This document shows positions 28,478 to 42,028 of a DNA stretch of 64,000 bases, piece by piece. A program made the translations under genes and the position numbers. The stretch lies in assembly GCA_012026655.1 (NCBI GenBank), contig JAAILG010000053.1, positions 1-64,000 of the forward strand. Reading direction: 5' to 3'. Position 1 is the stretch's first letter; each line of letters begins with the position of its first letter. Source of the DNA: Hydrolagus affinis. Taxonomy: Eukaryota. The notes below the pieces were generated by a model. The model was given only the letters and a program-made list of their open reading frames with translations. It searched no databases and was not told the DNA's origin.

Positions 28478-28503
28478 AGAGAGAGAGAGAGAGAGAGAGA
28501 GAG
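28478..28503. repeat. (GA)n microsatellite in the Hoxb5 3' UTR
   Basis: Seen directly. Confidence 0.9.
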
Positions 28504-28560
28504 GAGCCTCGCTGTACAGTACTGGAGCATGGTGTTTTTTTAAATACTATTTTTTTATTA

Positions 28561-28811
28561 TCAGGGTTGAAACGCGCTTCCTCCAGCGGTCATACTCATG
28601 CTTTTGAGCTTGTTGTCCTTTTTCCATTTCATTCTCCGATTCTGGAACCAGATCTTGATCTGCCGTTCTGAGAGACAGAGTGCATGGGCAATCTCTATCC
28701 TCCGCCGCCGGGTTAGATATCTGTTGAAGTGGAACTCTTTTTCCAACTCCAAAGTCTGGAAACGAGTATAAGCGGTTCTTGCCCTTTTCCCATCCGGTCC
28801 ACTCAAACCAT
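28561..28811 (-). CDS. hoxb5: Hoxb5 exon 2 (homeodomain)
   Basis: [13 protein letters not shown]...[32 protein letters not shown]...SAFQP. Acceptor aacag. Spliced protein is 260 aa. Confidence 0.96.
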
Positions 28812-29552
28812 CTGTTAATAAATAGAGGCATTTTATCCATGTGTCAGACAGACTCTCCTCGTAATAAGCTTTGTTTTCCAAAAAGAATATAATTTTATAT
28901 CACGAAAGCAGTTGCTTTTCGTGATCTATATTGGTACTATTGTCCTCACTCTGAATTCCTATTAATTATCGTTTAGGTTTTATTGTTTCAGTAACACGTT
29001 TTCACCGCTCAGTTCCCCAATATCTGGAGTGCAGACATGCACACTCATAGACAGACACCCACAAATGCAATCACTGGTTTTCTTAATTGGTTCGAAAATG
29101 CTGAGCAGACCCACAGAAAACAGGACACAGCGATGTTGACTTCCAGGATGGATGCTTACACCACTCTTTGTTATTTCAATGGTCGCGCAGTGCGAGTGGT
29201 AGCTGCCACACTGCAATATGTGGAGATACTCTTCTGATATTTAGAATTTATCTGCCTTGAAATACGATCCTTTATTTTGAAGCACTTCGTTTAGCCATTA
29301 TTTGTTGGTCGAACTGGGCATAAGCCCCCCCCCCACCCACCCACCCACCTTCCCTCCCTCCATGCATGTCGTAAAATGGTGGTCTACAAATTAGAAATTT
29401 AAATTTAATTTGAAGAAAATGTATAGTTAAGTTTATATTCGCACAATTTTTTTTAAAAAATTACAATTTTGGGCGTACAGGTTGTAGAATCGGACGCCAT
29501 GAATTACCTGGCTAAAGCGGTAGAGAGTGATAAACGTAAAATAAATGTGTAC

Positions 29553-30084
29553 CCTGGCCAATGTGAAGCTTCCGCATCCAAGGGAATATTTGTGGCTGTT
29601 GATGTGCTGTTGTCGTCTGTGTTGATTCTTGCTGTTGCCTGAGATGGTTGCTGTTGGCTTGATTGCTCTCCTCGGCATCTGAGGATGCTCCGGCCTCGTC
29701 CATTTCTGTAAAATTACTTGCTGAACTGGAGGAGGTAGCCGGATCAGATGGGGAACCCTTGGCTCCGTGACTGTCCTTGCCGGAACAGGGTATGGGTTCT
29801 GGAGAGGAGAGGGTGCAGCTCGCTGCTTGCCTGAACCTGCTTTCTGTAGCTGGAGGATATCTTCGGGAGTTTTCTGTGTTACCCACTCCAAAGTGGTTAG
29901 ATGAGGGTGAACGGGTGATGCTAAGGTCCATACCATTGTAGTTGTAGCCGTAAGTGCTTGAATGCATGGTGCCGGAGTCCCTGTATGGTCCGTTGTCGGA
30001 GCTGCTAGTCCCATAATTAAGTAACTGATAATCCGGGCCATTTTGATAGCGACCGGAGAATGAGTTTACAAAGTAAGAGCTCAT
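29553..30084 (-). CDS. hoxb5: Hoxb5 exon 1
   Basis: [13 protein letters not shown]...YNYNGMDLS...[11 protein letters not shown]. Donor G|gtacac is weak but phase-consistent. Confidence 0.95.
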
Positions 30085-30129
30085 TTGGTTTTTTTGGGTT
30101 GATTTGTGGTTGTTAGTCGTTATAACCCA

Positions 30130-30300
30130 ATGCTGCACGATTTATGATATATTAATGAATTATAGAAATGACTGTACTTCGTTCGCTTCTATGTATGCGG
30201 CCAAATATGGGGGGTGCGAGTCGAATCACGTGCTTTTGTTGACCAGTCGTAAATTCTCACTGATGACCTCAAGGGGTAATTCATGCTCTATCGTTACAAA
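30130..30300 (-). promoter_or_regulatory. Highly conserved Hox5 promoter element
   Basis: CCAAATATGG (CArG-like), ATCACGTGC E-box, GTCGTAAATT and TGATGACCT in the order typical of the conserved block upstream of Hox5 genes. Confidence 0.75.
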
Positions 30301-30368
30301 TGACGATCTGAGAAACGTTACGCCGTGTGAATGCAAGCCTCTAAATGGTGGCGCCAGGTTTGCAGCGT

Positions 30369-30382
30369 GCGCCACCTGCTGG
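30369..30382 (-). promoter_or_regulatory. CTCF motif at the Hox5|Hox6 boundary
   Basis: Minus strand CCAGCAGGTGGCGC is a near-perfect CTCF core. Position is analogous to the 5|6 sites of HoxA/HoxC. Confidence 0.75.
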
Positions 30383-32092
30383 GCTCCGTCCGGATTACAC
30401 TCATTAAGGTCATCGCCTATCTATTAACATTGCTGTTCACAATAACAATAATGTAGAAAACAAGTTCATCTTAAAATTAACGACTCTAAATGTATAAAAT
30501 ATCAATCTTTTATTGCGTGATGCTCCATAATTTATTGAATCTTTAACTACAAATTAGTTTTTTCTGCGAAAAAATATTCAAAAAAGAATTTCCTGAAACT
30601 ACCAAACATAAAACGGCAATTCAATTATCTTCCAATTGAATTGGAAATCACGTTTTATAGCTGTACTTGAAGTGGAGCAATTTATTTCGTTTTTTTTGAC
30701 CAGATACATTTAAAAACAATTAAGTTGCTATCCTTGACCAGTCAGTGAAATACAAGCAGTCCATTGACTTATGCCTTTTGCGTTTGCCGTCCGTGTGACT
30801 TCTTTTCTGCATGTTGTTATACCCGTGTACGGGTTGAAATTTCGTTGTGCAATGTGATAATACGTGGCAAGAAACCGCCTCAAAAAACTTGTTATTTCTA
30901 ATAACAAAGTTGCTAAGCAAAAAGTAAAAAGAATAGTCTAGAAACAACAAGGGATTCTAAAGGTTTAGAACGTTAAAATTCGCATATAAACATTTTAATC
31001 TCCCTTCAGCTAAGCGTGGTGTTAGTACAGTTATGGTTATTTTCACCTCGTATGTTTTGAATGCGTTTTTCTGAATAAAAAAATGCACATTTGAATTTAT
31101 TTACTCGATATACAACCGACCATAACATGCTTTGGTGGAATCATTATTTAATTATAATTTAGATGGTAAATAAAGAAAATACGTCGCACAGTCACGGATC
31201 CTTTGCTGGTTTCGTATTTTTATGGAGTCTCTTATCGGGTCGACTTAGGGCAATTCACCTTTATAGGGGGTTCCATAAATAACTGGCAGAGAGGCTTCAG
31301 CGTGAGGGGGGGATGTGCTTCTAGACAGAGGATTTTAAGGACAAATCTGCTGTAACAAGGAACTTTGTGGGTTTGGGAGACTCACGAGGCTTTGACTGGA
31401 TGGCGTCAAAACACTTTCTTAAAAATGTAGTTTTAACAAGACTGTGTCATCAATCGGTCGCGCTTTTATTCGGGCCCGGGCGATGAAAGTTACAGTGAAA
31501 ATCATTAAATCCTTAGATTGCTATTCAAAGCAGGAAAATCCTTTCATTTATTTTACCACCACAATAATATTATAGTAAATTTGAAAGACCTGATTATGTT
31601 GACTATCTAACCAGCGAGCTATGTCTGTGTATAATTCTGACTGATTTTAGAAGCGGACCATAAACCGATTACTGGGGTGAAACGTAAATAAGTTTTCAAT
31701 GGAAATGACAGGAATAAAGTAATTAAACGAGGAAAAGGCAACGTAAGGAATCGTGACAGATTGACAAGGGGAACGATATTGCAGATTTAACAAGGTTTGT
31801 CCCTTGCCTCAGATAGCCTAGACGTTCCTGTGTGCCATGATAGTTATAATGCAGGCTTTGAAAAATGCAAAGGATTCGATTTTTGAAAACTTTATTATCA
31901 TTCCAGATAAGGGTGCATCAGATAAAGATTTATTAAACACGCTACAAACACAATAACCATTATTTAAAAAACAAATAACAAAAATAACCTCTGACTGAAC
32001 TCTGAAAGACTTTCTTGAATTTTCCTCACTCATTTTCCAAAAATCCCAAGGCAATATTTACAACTCATCTTAAATTATTTGCACAAGCGCTC

Positions 32093-32123
<31 letters not shown>

Positions 32124-32469
32124 GAATGAAACAAAAAATAGTTGTGTCCACAGAGCAGATAACTCTTATAATTAACTACCTAGCTGAGACTAGCGCAAAA
32201 ACAAATCACAATATTGCAACACCTCAATTGAAATACAGAATTCATCGAATGCTTCTATATTCATTTAAAACTATGTAGCACCACAGTGAGACAATGGTTG
32301 CCAGAGTCGAGCAAAGGAATGCATAACTTTAGAAATCTTACAACAAATACTCAAATGTACAACTTCACGGGTGCGCAAAGGAAACAATATGTAAACGTTT
32401 TAATATTCATCATTTTTAAATAAAGAACCGCATAGCGTTCTTATTTTCCTTAACGTTTCCTGTTTTTTT

Positions 32470-32802
<333 letters not shown>

Positions 32803-33341
32803 TTATCATACATACCATGGTAATAGTAGAAAAAAAGCATTAGAAATAACAAGTGAATCTTATTGATTATAATGCCAATATGCATTAGTCAGTTTCACCA
32901 GGAAGTTTGTAACAAACTGTTTCCATTCTAAAACCCAGGACATTCTTTCATTTTTCATGGCTATAGTGAATATGGTGAAGGTATTGAAAGCTATAGGCCT
33001 ATTAACTATTCACCAAAACCTTTAGGAACAACTGCTCTGAATGCATCTTTCAATGCGGAACATTTATGAACATTAACATATTAATCTTATGTATCAGACT
33101 TTGGATTTTAATGAATTATTCAGAGTCTCTGCATATGCACGGTTCATATAATATGGAACTGGTCAGAGTGAAATGGATTTTAATTCTAGTGAAATAAATT
33201 TAATATTTGATGTTCATTTTCGAAGTGTAATGAACGAAATTCTTTTTTGAGCTCTCTCTGATTCTGCTCAAATCTAATAAACATGCAGACAGAGGGTTTT
33301 TTTACGCACATGTAGATATATAGTATGAAAACAAAACTCAC

Positions 33342-33774
33342 CCCCACTGGAGTTCATTCTTTGCATCCAAGGATACACAGGCAATGAATTCTTCTGGTCT
33401 TCCGCTTCCCCATATAAAATTCTGTTCTGTGTACACTCGATTTTGCGTTGGTCAGCGATAAAGTGAGTTGCGTCCTCGAGTGAGTGGTACTTAGGGCTAC
33501 TGGATGAGCCAGTGCAAGGGGGGTCTTTCTCCCGGTAAAAAACGGGTGTCCCGTAATCACCGGGTGTCCGATTGCACCCATACGTACCGTTGGCTTGTTG
33601 ATAGTAAGAGGGTGATGGGTAACTCTTGTCCTGCATGTTTGTAGCCCCATACGTAGCCGGGTAGTGCCTTAAATGGTCATAACCGGAGGAACATAGCGGA
33701 ATCTGCCCAAGGAAGGACTCTTGTCCACCAGCAAGAGTCACCGGGAAAGTAGAGTTCACAAAATACGAACTCAT
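33342..33774 (-). CDS. hoxb6: Hoxb6 exon 1
   Basis: [26 protein letters not shown]...PVYPWMQRMNS. Donor G|gtgagt. Confidence 0.96.
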
Positions 33775-34417
33775 TTGTTGGCTGTGCTCTGTTATGATTT
33801 GTTGTGTATTATTCCAACTGCCTGTGCTATTAGCAGTTAGCGAGATGGGTTTGATTCGGGATGGCCAAGTGCCAGAAAGGACAGCAGGAAATATAACCAT
33901 CTGATCATCGACTGACCAATGGCAATACTGTTTGATAGCAAAATAGCACCCATGAGGGTCTTAGCCATGAATCAGAGGCAATAGCACAAACCGCACATGT
34001 GATGGGGAAAAGTTCCAAACACAAAAAAATAAATACACCACAGTATCTACCTTCAGATTTAACCTTTACTGCAACGACTTTTAACAAATATCGCAGAAGA
34101 CAACCAAGCGTGTAGTTATTTTTTTCAAGTAAATAAATGTGTACACAACATTAAATCAACCAGGCAAGCGCACTGGACTTCAAATCATCTTAAACTAAAA
34201 AACAATGTGAAATAAATCCTGTTCTCCTATATGGATATTCAAATAGCTCACTAAAATATTCAACACATTGTTACTTTCTTCCATTTTCAATCTGAAACCT
34301 GCGTTACAGCTCTTCAATTATTACACAGTATTCATTGTGTTTTACTTGACTGATATTTTTGTTTTATTCTCAATTCGAAATTATACACGATCAACGGTTT
34401 CGTTTGTACGAGTATAT

Positions 34418-34481
34418 ATGTGTGTGTGTGTGTGTATGTGTATGTTTGTATGTGTATGTGTGTGTGTGTATGTGTGTGTGT
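34418..34481. repeat. Imperfect (TG)n microsatellite
   Basis: Seen directly. Confidence 0.9.
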
Positions 34482-37064
34482 TGCTCAGTTCAATCTCAGA
34501 GTTCCTAAAAGTTCTTTCTTTTGTATGTGTTGCAGTTTCAGTCGTTTTACTTTGATGCACTTGAAAAGGGACGGAAAAACAGCAAGATTTAATCGTTTAA
34601 TTTGAACCGCAAAACATACGGGAGGAACTTTACAACAAACAGAATCCTTCCTCGCCGGAGGGGGACTGCCGGAACTGCAAAGAAACTGGCATAATTTTAC
34701 ATGTTAGAGCCAGAATAATATCCGCAAAGAGTAATGTTTATCACGGGCATTGCGAAAGACAAAATCGAGAGAGAAACCCATAAAATGTTTCAAACTCACA
34801 AAGGGGGACTTATCCTAAAGTGACTGCCTTATAGAAACAAGCGGCTGGGCCTAAACACGACAAGAATGGTCTTCGCTGACAGAAGTATTGGAATTTTAAA
34901 TATGCTTTGCTTAGATCAGTGAGTACATTTACAGACTTATTTCGTGTGTTAACATGTAGTGTACTATTGCTGTGATATATCCTAGCGGAGAAGTTCAATG
35001 GTAGATAAAAATTGTCTTCAGGAATGTATGATGTGTAAAAGTAATATTTACGTATGAAACACTGGACATCAATCATGCTATTCCTCCAGTATCTTATGTA
35101 ATGTTATGATTTATTGTATGCTTAAACTATACATTTAAAAACATAAGAATACATCGAAATAGGTATCTTTCGCTACTTTCATTCAAATTTTTGTCATTTA
35201 GAGATATTTCGAATTTTTTTTTCTATATTTCAGATAAGTAAAATATATCATGTTGCTTAATTAAAAGTAGAGGCAATGCTAGTTCATATGTGCAATCTTA
35301 TATCATTTCAAATCAGATGTAGTTTAAAAACATTGACTTTTTTTGCGAAAACAAAACAAATTGGCAGAATGATGGAATAGCTTTAGCGTTCATGAAATGT
35401 TTGCAGAGATTTATTTTATTTATGAATGAGATTTGTGAAAAACTTGTTCCAGGAATGCGCCACTTCCTGGTTTTAAACATCTGTTTTAAGAATATCCTGA
35501 ATTGTTTAGAGAGGGTTACTAGATATGAAAACACAGTTTCTGCTTGTCTGTTCGTTTCAATATGCCGACATTTTTCCTTGTTTTCCAAGATGTGGATTTC
35601 AGTGGTGGGAAACAAAACAAACTGTTAAAGATTACTGAATAAACTTTACGAAGGGACTCATTTTGAGAGATGCCCATTAAAATGGCAAATGGTGAACCTC
35701 CGGGAAGTATTGGCATTGCGTTAGAGTGAAACCTATTTATCCATTGCAAGTCAGCATTGTCATTAAAATCAATTGTATGTTGTCAGGTTTATTTAACTCA
35801 ACTGTTTCCTTTTTATCCTTTGGATTTTGTGAGGAATACTTTGTTTATCTTTACCTTGACTTTCTTCACACATGTTTTAAATTTATTATAAAGTATCTAA
35901 TAAACCTGTTCTGTCTATTCATATCAACTGCACTCTCTTATTGGAGCACAATTCGGTTTGTTGATGAAAAGCCACAGAAACAGAGACATTCGGTGTAAAG
36001 AATGTATCGTAGTTATATAACCAGGTGGTATATTGCATTTTGAGGTAACCTTATATGTTAATCAAAACGTGAGGCGCTGGTTACATTAGCAAGAATTTCA
36101 TTACTTCCATTTGAAATCATAGAAATGCTTTTGTTTGAGCATCCATGGAAAGGTAAAATCAATTGTTTTTTTCTATGCAGTATATTGCTCTGCGCTAAAT
36201 CTTTTAGTTGTACATATTTTTTAAAAACTGAATATCCGCCGGAGAAATTGTGTTCATTGTCGCCAATAACATTGCCTGCTTTATATTTCAAATTTCAGCA
36301 GCCCTTTGTCAGCGAAAAGATATGAACTCCTTTTTAGGGAAATATAAGAGGGGGAAATTAAGGAGATTCGGATCAATGTATGAAATTACTTATATACAAC
36401 TATATATACACTCAAACGTTTAGGGTGTTTTGAACCTACAATGAGCAATAGCAGTCAGGGAATACTGTACAATTCCCAATTGGGCAGGAATAAAATGATC
36501 TAGGCTTGGTACAGATTTGCATACCTAAAGTCAAGAATTATTCCACATGGAGAATGTTAAAATAACTCCACGACAGTTAATTTAGATGCAACAATGAAAA
36601 TCTTCTATGATGTCGGCAAGTGACCACAGGTTACAATGAGTTTGGCTATTTACTTTAACATGAATAGGCTGTTATTCACACAAAGCATCTGGAAATAGAA
36701 ACAGCAACTGCAACCTATCGCAGGAGTATTAGACACATTCCAACCGCGCGGCGAGGATCTCAGGGTCAGGATTATTACCATGTTATCTTTCAAAACAGAC
36801 GATATGTATATATATATACAGTATTTGTAAATAAAATTGTATCACAATTAGCATTACGTGTGAAATAGGACAGAGTTGAAATAGGACAAAGCGAATACGT
36901 AAAAGGCACTGATGAAAACGGCATAAACAAAACAATTAATACAATTGCAGTTTTCCAAAAATCCCAAAGCCACAGTTTCTGATGCCCCCCAAATAATTGT
37001 GGTTTTAAACCAAATCCAGTTTAGCCGATTTTCTCTCTCATTTTCCGGCTCGTTCGACCCGATT

Positions 37065-37083
37065 GAGCGCTAGATGGCAATCG
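37065..37083 (+). promoter_or_regulatory. CTCF-like motif between Hoxb6 and Hoxb7
   Basis: GAGCGCTAGATGGCAATCG resembles CCACTAGATGGCAG. Confidence 0.55.
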
Positions 37084-37884
37084 AGAGCAACGAATCTTTT
37101 CTTTCTCTCCGACGCCTCCCCACCCCCCCACCCCCACCCACCCCTCTCCTCGGAACCCTGATACATTAATATGATATTAATACGAAGCTACTGGGCCTCT
37201 CCGTTGCTAAACACTCAGACCACAGTCAACTAAACGCCATCTTATATGATCACAAGAGATATCACCCACTATAGATGTAAACTGAAACCGTCTGAAGCTT
37301 CCCAACACAATAACCGCAACAAATGATGAATGGCATTTTACACTCTGTGTACAATCATAGCGCAAAATGTTTATCTCAGCCACAATCAATAATAATCCAG
37401 ATATCAGAAAAGGGAAATACCACTATTTTATCACAATTGGAATACGACTATACGTCACCAGGGTTGAATTGTACCCTGCTAATTACTGGTACCTCTTGAT
37501 AAAATTTATAAAATTGTTTACGTAATAAATGGCCCCTGAGAAATGATGAACATTATCGAACGCGTCTAACGTTACCAGAATACCGAACACAATGATAAGT
37601 TTGTCAACACGCCATAGGGTAGAGGGAATACACAATTATACAACAGAGATGTCTGAAGGAACATAGCTTACCACCAAAAATCAATCGCAAAGCCACGTCG
37701 CTCATTAAAACTGACCAAATAACTTCCCATACTTGTTGTGTATTACTTTGAATAAAATAATGGTCGTCCACTGAGGTCAACAAGTTTCCTATTAATCGCA
37801 CTAGATTTCGTAACAGAATTCCACTTCAAATATTGACAAGAAGAACGCAATCAAATATACAAGAAATACTAATATTTGTCTTAC

Positions 37885-38140
37885 CCTCTTAGGATCAGCT
37901 GTGACTTTTAAATCATCTCTTCCCTCATTTGGAGAGCAACACAATTGTCTTCACGGACAATATTGTCCCCCTCTGATAGCCGACCTGCTGCAGCGGATCG
38001 TTCCAGAGTTCTCGCGTCCGTCATTTACGCTGGAAGTCAGGAACCGAATCTCTTTGAAAAATGATATCATCCACAGCATTGAAATTTGCGTTTCACCAGT
38101 CATCCCTGAAATTCCCAATCGACAGTCAAGTCAAAGATAA
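37885..38140 (-). other. Putative distal non-coding exon of Hoxb6 or a multi-Hox transcript (5' limit approximate)
   Basis: Donor gtaag at 37884-37880, just downstream of the conserved promoter-like block at 38340-38485. GGGACAATATT is also recalled from the human HOXB6 leader. Confidence 0.4.
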
Positions 38141-38158
38141 CAAAAGTATTGTTTACTT

Positions 38159-38197
38159 TGTGTGTGTGTGTGTGTGTATGTGTGTGTGTGTGTATGT
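38159..38197. repeat. (TG)n microsatellite
   Basis: Seen directly. Confidence 0.9.
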
Positions 38198-38339
38198 ACC
38201 TCTTATAGTAACTATCAAAGTTTTTTAAAAAGCTACAGAAGCCCCCAGGAGCACATAGATCCGACCCAAGGTGCAGTGGCCAAAAGAATGCTGCAATATA
38301 CTCACATGGGAAATCATAAAAAGTTCATGTTCACGGTTG

Positions 38340-38485
38340 CTATCCACATGACCGGCAACGGCCAATGGAAGGACAGATCCACTCATAAAGTTCTATCACA
38401 AAGTTGTAAATTTTCATAAAACAACAAGGAATTTATTGCGTTTCTTCATGACTACTAACAACAAGCCTCCTGGCCGCCATGTTTG
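38340..38485 (-). promoter_or_regulatory. Ultraconserved-type element/distal promoter between Hox6 and Hox7
   Basis: CACATG, CCAAT, CTCATAAAG, TTGTAAATTTTCATAAAACAACAAGGAATTTATTGC and YY1 GCCGCCATGTT. This block is recalled as conserved across HoxA/B/C. Confidence 0.75.
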
Positions 38486-39770
38486 GTGCGTAAGGAAACT
38501 GCCTTTTTCATATTATTTTTGAAAAAAAACTTTTGATTTCTTCCCTTACAAAAATGCCACCGTTTTAAGCAAGTGGATTTCAATATTTTCTACATCAAAT
38601 TAATGAAACCATCCTTCTCTGGCGTATTCCACCTTTTGGTCACCTCCTTTATGCAGCACCCTTAACTAAATGCGAATTATTTTGTGGGAAAATATATACT
38701 GTGTTTCGAAGGTGATGGTGTTTTTCTTCATTTCCCCCTCACTGTGTTTCACGCGGAATTATTCACGAAAATGCTGCTTGAGTTGTCACAGAAATTATTC
38801 ATAAAATATATGGTAAGAAACACGACTGAACGAAATTCGCTCGGGATTATTCTATAATGCATAGAAGAATACTTTGTTTAACAATGGCAAAATGCACATT
38901 TACCTATTTAAATTCACTGATATTCACCTCGAAATATATTGAAAAATCCCTTTATTAAGATTAAACGGTCGATTTTCTAAGTCAAGTTAATCCTGGTGAG
39001 AAGAACGCACATATTTTGATTTTCAGAGACTGGTGAATAATGATTGTTTATGTTTCTAAAAGAGGAAGAATACATCATAACATTACATTAAATAAAACCA
39101 TGTTTATAACAGATCTGATTCAATATTGACTATGGTTCTTTTGTGTTAATGTGGAATCGTTCCATTTCAGTTTATACCACAACGAAATATTGTCTCGTCC
39201 ATCATAAGACCAAATAATTTTAATTGAAGCGAGCTATTACCGGACAAATCAATCAGTTAATTATTTTCATAAATTCTACTTCCATACGTTTAATTAGATA
39301 TTGACATTAAATTGCAAAGGTTGCAACTGTTACCAGTTAGTACGTGCTTTGCGGCTCAGAGCCGACGCATTGTTTCCGATTCGCTCGTTACAAATGTATC
39401 TTTATGTAGAAGTAAAAGAAAGCTTTGTAAATACTTAGACATGGATATTTTCCACCTTTTATGATAGAATTTTGATGTGTGTACATATAAGTATATATAT
39501 ATACACACACATAGAGAGCGCGCGACCGAGACTGGGGGTGTGTGGTGGAGGGAAGGGGGAGAGTGATCAGGCTTTTGATATAATTGGGTTAATATAGATT
39601 CAGAAATAGAAATGATTCTACTCGTTTGAGTTACTTTGACTAAAGGGTCTTGGCCAACAAGGGGGCCTGTAATCTTCCATTTCATTTGGGAATTCCCACT
39701 GCAGAGAAGGCATTTTGCGCAGAATATCCGCAAGGTTACAAGATGTGTAAATAACGAAAAACAATCTAAT

Positions 39771-39780
39771 TTTATTTATT
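39771..39780 (-). terminator. Hoxb7 polyadenylation signal (overlapping AATAAATAAA)
   Basis: Two overlapping hexamers ~540 nt after the stop, followed by a GU/U-rich tract. Confidence 0.6.
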
Positions 39781-40214
39781 TCACAAAAAAAGTTTACACC
39801 CTTCGTGATTAAGGAGCAAACACATCAAATCAGCCCATATTTAAATATGAAAATGTACACGAAAGTTACATTCAACAAACGCTTCCACCAAAACAGCATT
39901 ATCTGTTCTATATATAACTATAACAGGAGTTTACACCATACACTTATATTGATCTGTACACGACTCAATGGTTACATTAAGCTCCCTTTTAGTCTATACT
40001 CACTGACAAGAAATTACATCGATACAGTAACAAATATATAGTCACTGAATATATTTCATTTAAACAAATGGGCCTAAAGTATACAGTAACAACCAAGTCA
40101 CCACTGTGGGACCACAAATACACAGACAATATAGAACTGTAGTTGTACAATTTCAGTTGGTTATTCCATCTAATTTGTACAAAACAAACTAAAAATAAAA
40201 CACAAGTTACATTT

Positions 40215-40222
40215 TAGGTAGT
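40215..40222 (-). promoter_or_regulatory. miR-196 8mer seed site in the Hoxb7 3' UTR
   Basis: mRNA ACUACCUA, ~100 nt after the stop. Confidence 0.75.
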
Positions 40223-40318
40223 ATTCTGTTTCAGTGTTAAGAAATGAAGAGTATATCACTCCATTTAGTACAAGTCATTTCAGTTTCAGCCTCAAAGTAT
40301 TTCATGGATCACTTTTCT

Positions 40319-40597
<279 letters not shown>

Positions 40598-42028
40598 TCA
40601 TTCATAAAACAAGTTCTGTACAGTATTCTGTTTAGAGCGTTTTAATATTTTTCCCATTTTTTATCCAAAGTATCATGCACTTATCAAGTGCAATTAACCT
40701 GAAAAAAAGTTAATCATAATTAACATTAAGTTCAGATTAAAATCCCATAATGGAAGGTTGGATAGCTGACTTTGTGTAGATATGGGAGGGGGCTGTAACT
40801 GTTTCCAGGATACTTACGCTATAAACCGTTCTTTTCTAATAAAACTCTAAACAATGTCCCGCCTTAAATTACGGTTGGAGGTTTTTTTTTAAAAAGGGAA
40901 GCAAATATCTGTATTTGCGGTTTTTAAGCAGAAGTGTCCTATTGAAAGATGGTCGTTATTCTATCCCGAGATAGTTTCTAGGATTTTCGGAATTAATGCG
41001 TGTAACCTGAAACTGACAGGTAGCTTAGAAATGAGGCCGCGATTGATTTTTAGAAAAAAAACACGTTGGTGCATTGTGTCTGTTTTTTTTACTGTGAGAA
41101 CAGATCATCTCCAAACACAACCAATGCACGCACTGCGGCTTTGAAATTCAGCAAACATTGAGGACAGGGCAAAGCTGTGTGGAAATTGCCTATTAGTTTG
41201 CATTGGACACACGAGCCGCGGAAATAGACAAATGGTGAAAAAGCCCTTTGTATTTTATACGGTACAAACTGCCACATATGCTAACCCCGGCCACCAAAAA
41301 AACAAGGTTACACGTTCACATTTAAACAAATACCCTTTAATCCGTGGCGTCTTTTTAAATATTTAATGGAAGTTTTTCTGCACTTTTGCTGTTTCCATTT
41401 ATCACGCGCTTGCTATTTATATGTTCTGCTCCCCCCCCGCCCCCCCGCGCCCCCCTCACCCCCACCAACCCCCTCCTCCCACCCCCTCCCCCACTTTCCT
41501 TCCCGTTTTCACGGCACCCAATGGAGGAAGAAACTTAAAAATAAAGGCAAAAACTTCAACCCGGATAATCGTAAACACCGTGTTTAATGGAAACGCGGAA
41601 AGACAAGGGAGTTGATCTAAACAGTTTAGACCTTATGTTTGCGCGGCTCGTCTGTGGCAGCAATAGTCACCGGGACTAGGTGGACGACAATACAATCGTT
41701 TCCAGAGGAAATAATGTGTATTGCAGTCCACCTAGTCCTCGTATCGGTGGTCTATACAATTGAGGATGTACAACTTTCTTATCGTGTGGCTTTGTCTCTC
41801 ATTTTGCTTTTTAAACCCGAGTAGATTCGACAATTTTGCATTGCGACCCATTGAAATACCCCAACAGAAACGAATTGATTGCCAGTAGAAGTGCATTTTA
41901 TTCCACCACCCGCCCACCCCCCCAAAAAAAAACTTTCAGTGAGCGTCATAAATAAACACGACATCGGAAAATGCAATAAAGTAATTCACAGACCCCACAA
42001 GAGGTTTTATTATCCGACATTCACATAC

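Noticed and set aside
32175-32182. miR-196 8mer ACTACCTA within the Hoxb6 3' UTR region
   Set aside because: It is on the + strand, the wrong orientation for Hoxb6 mRNA.
37955-37968. Perfect 14-bp palindrome GGACAATATTGTCC
   Set aside because: A single palindrome of this size is plausible by chance in 64 kb.
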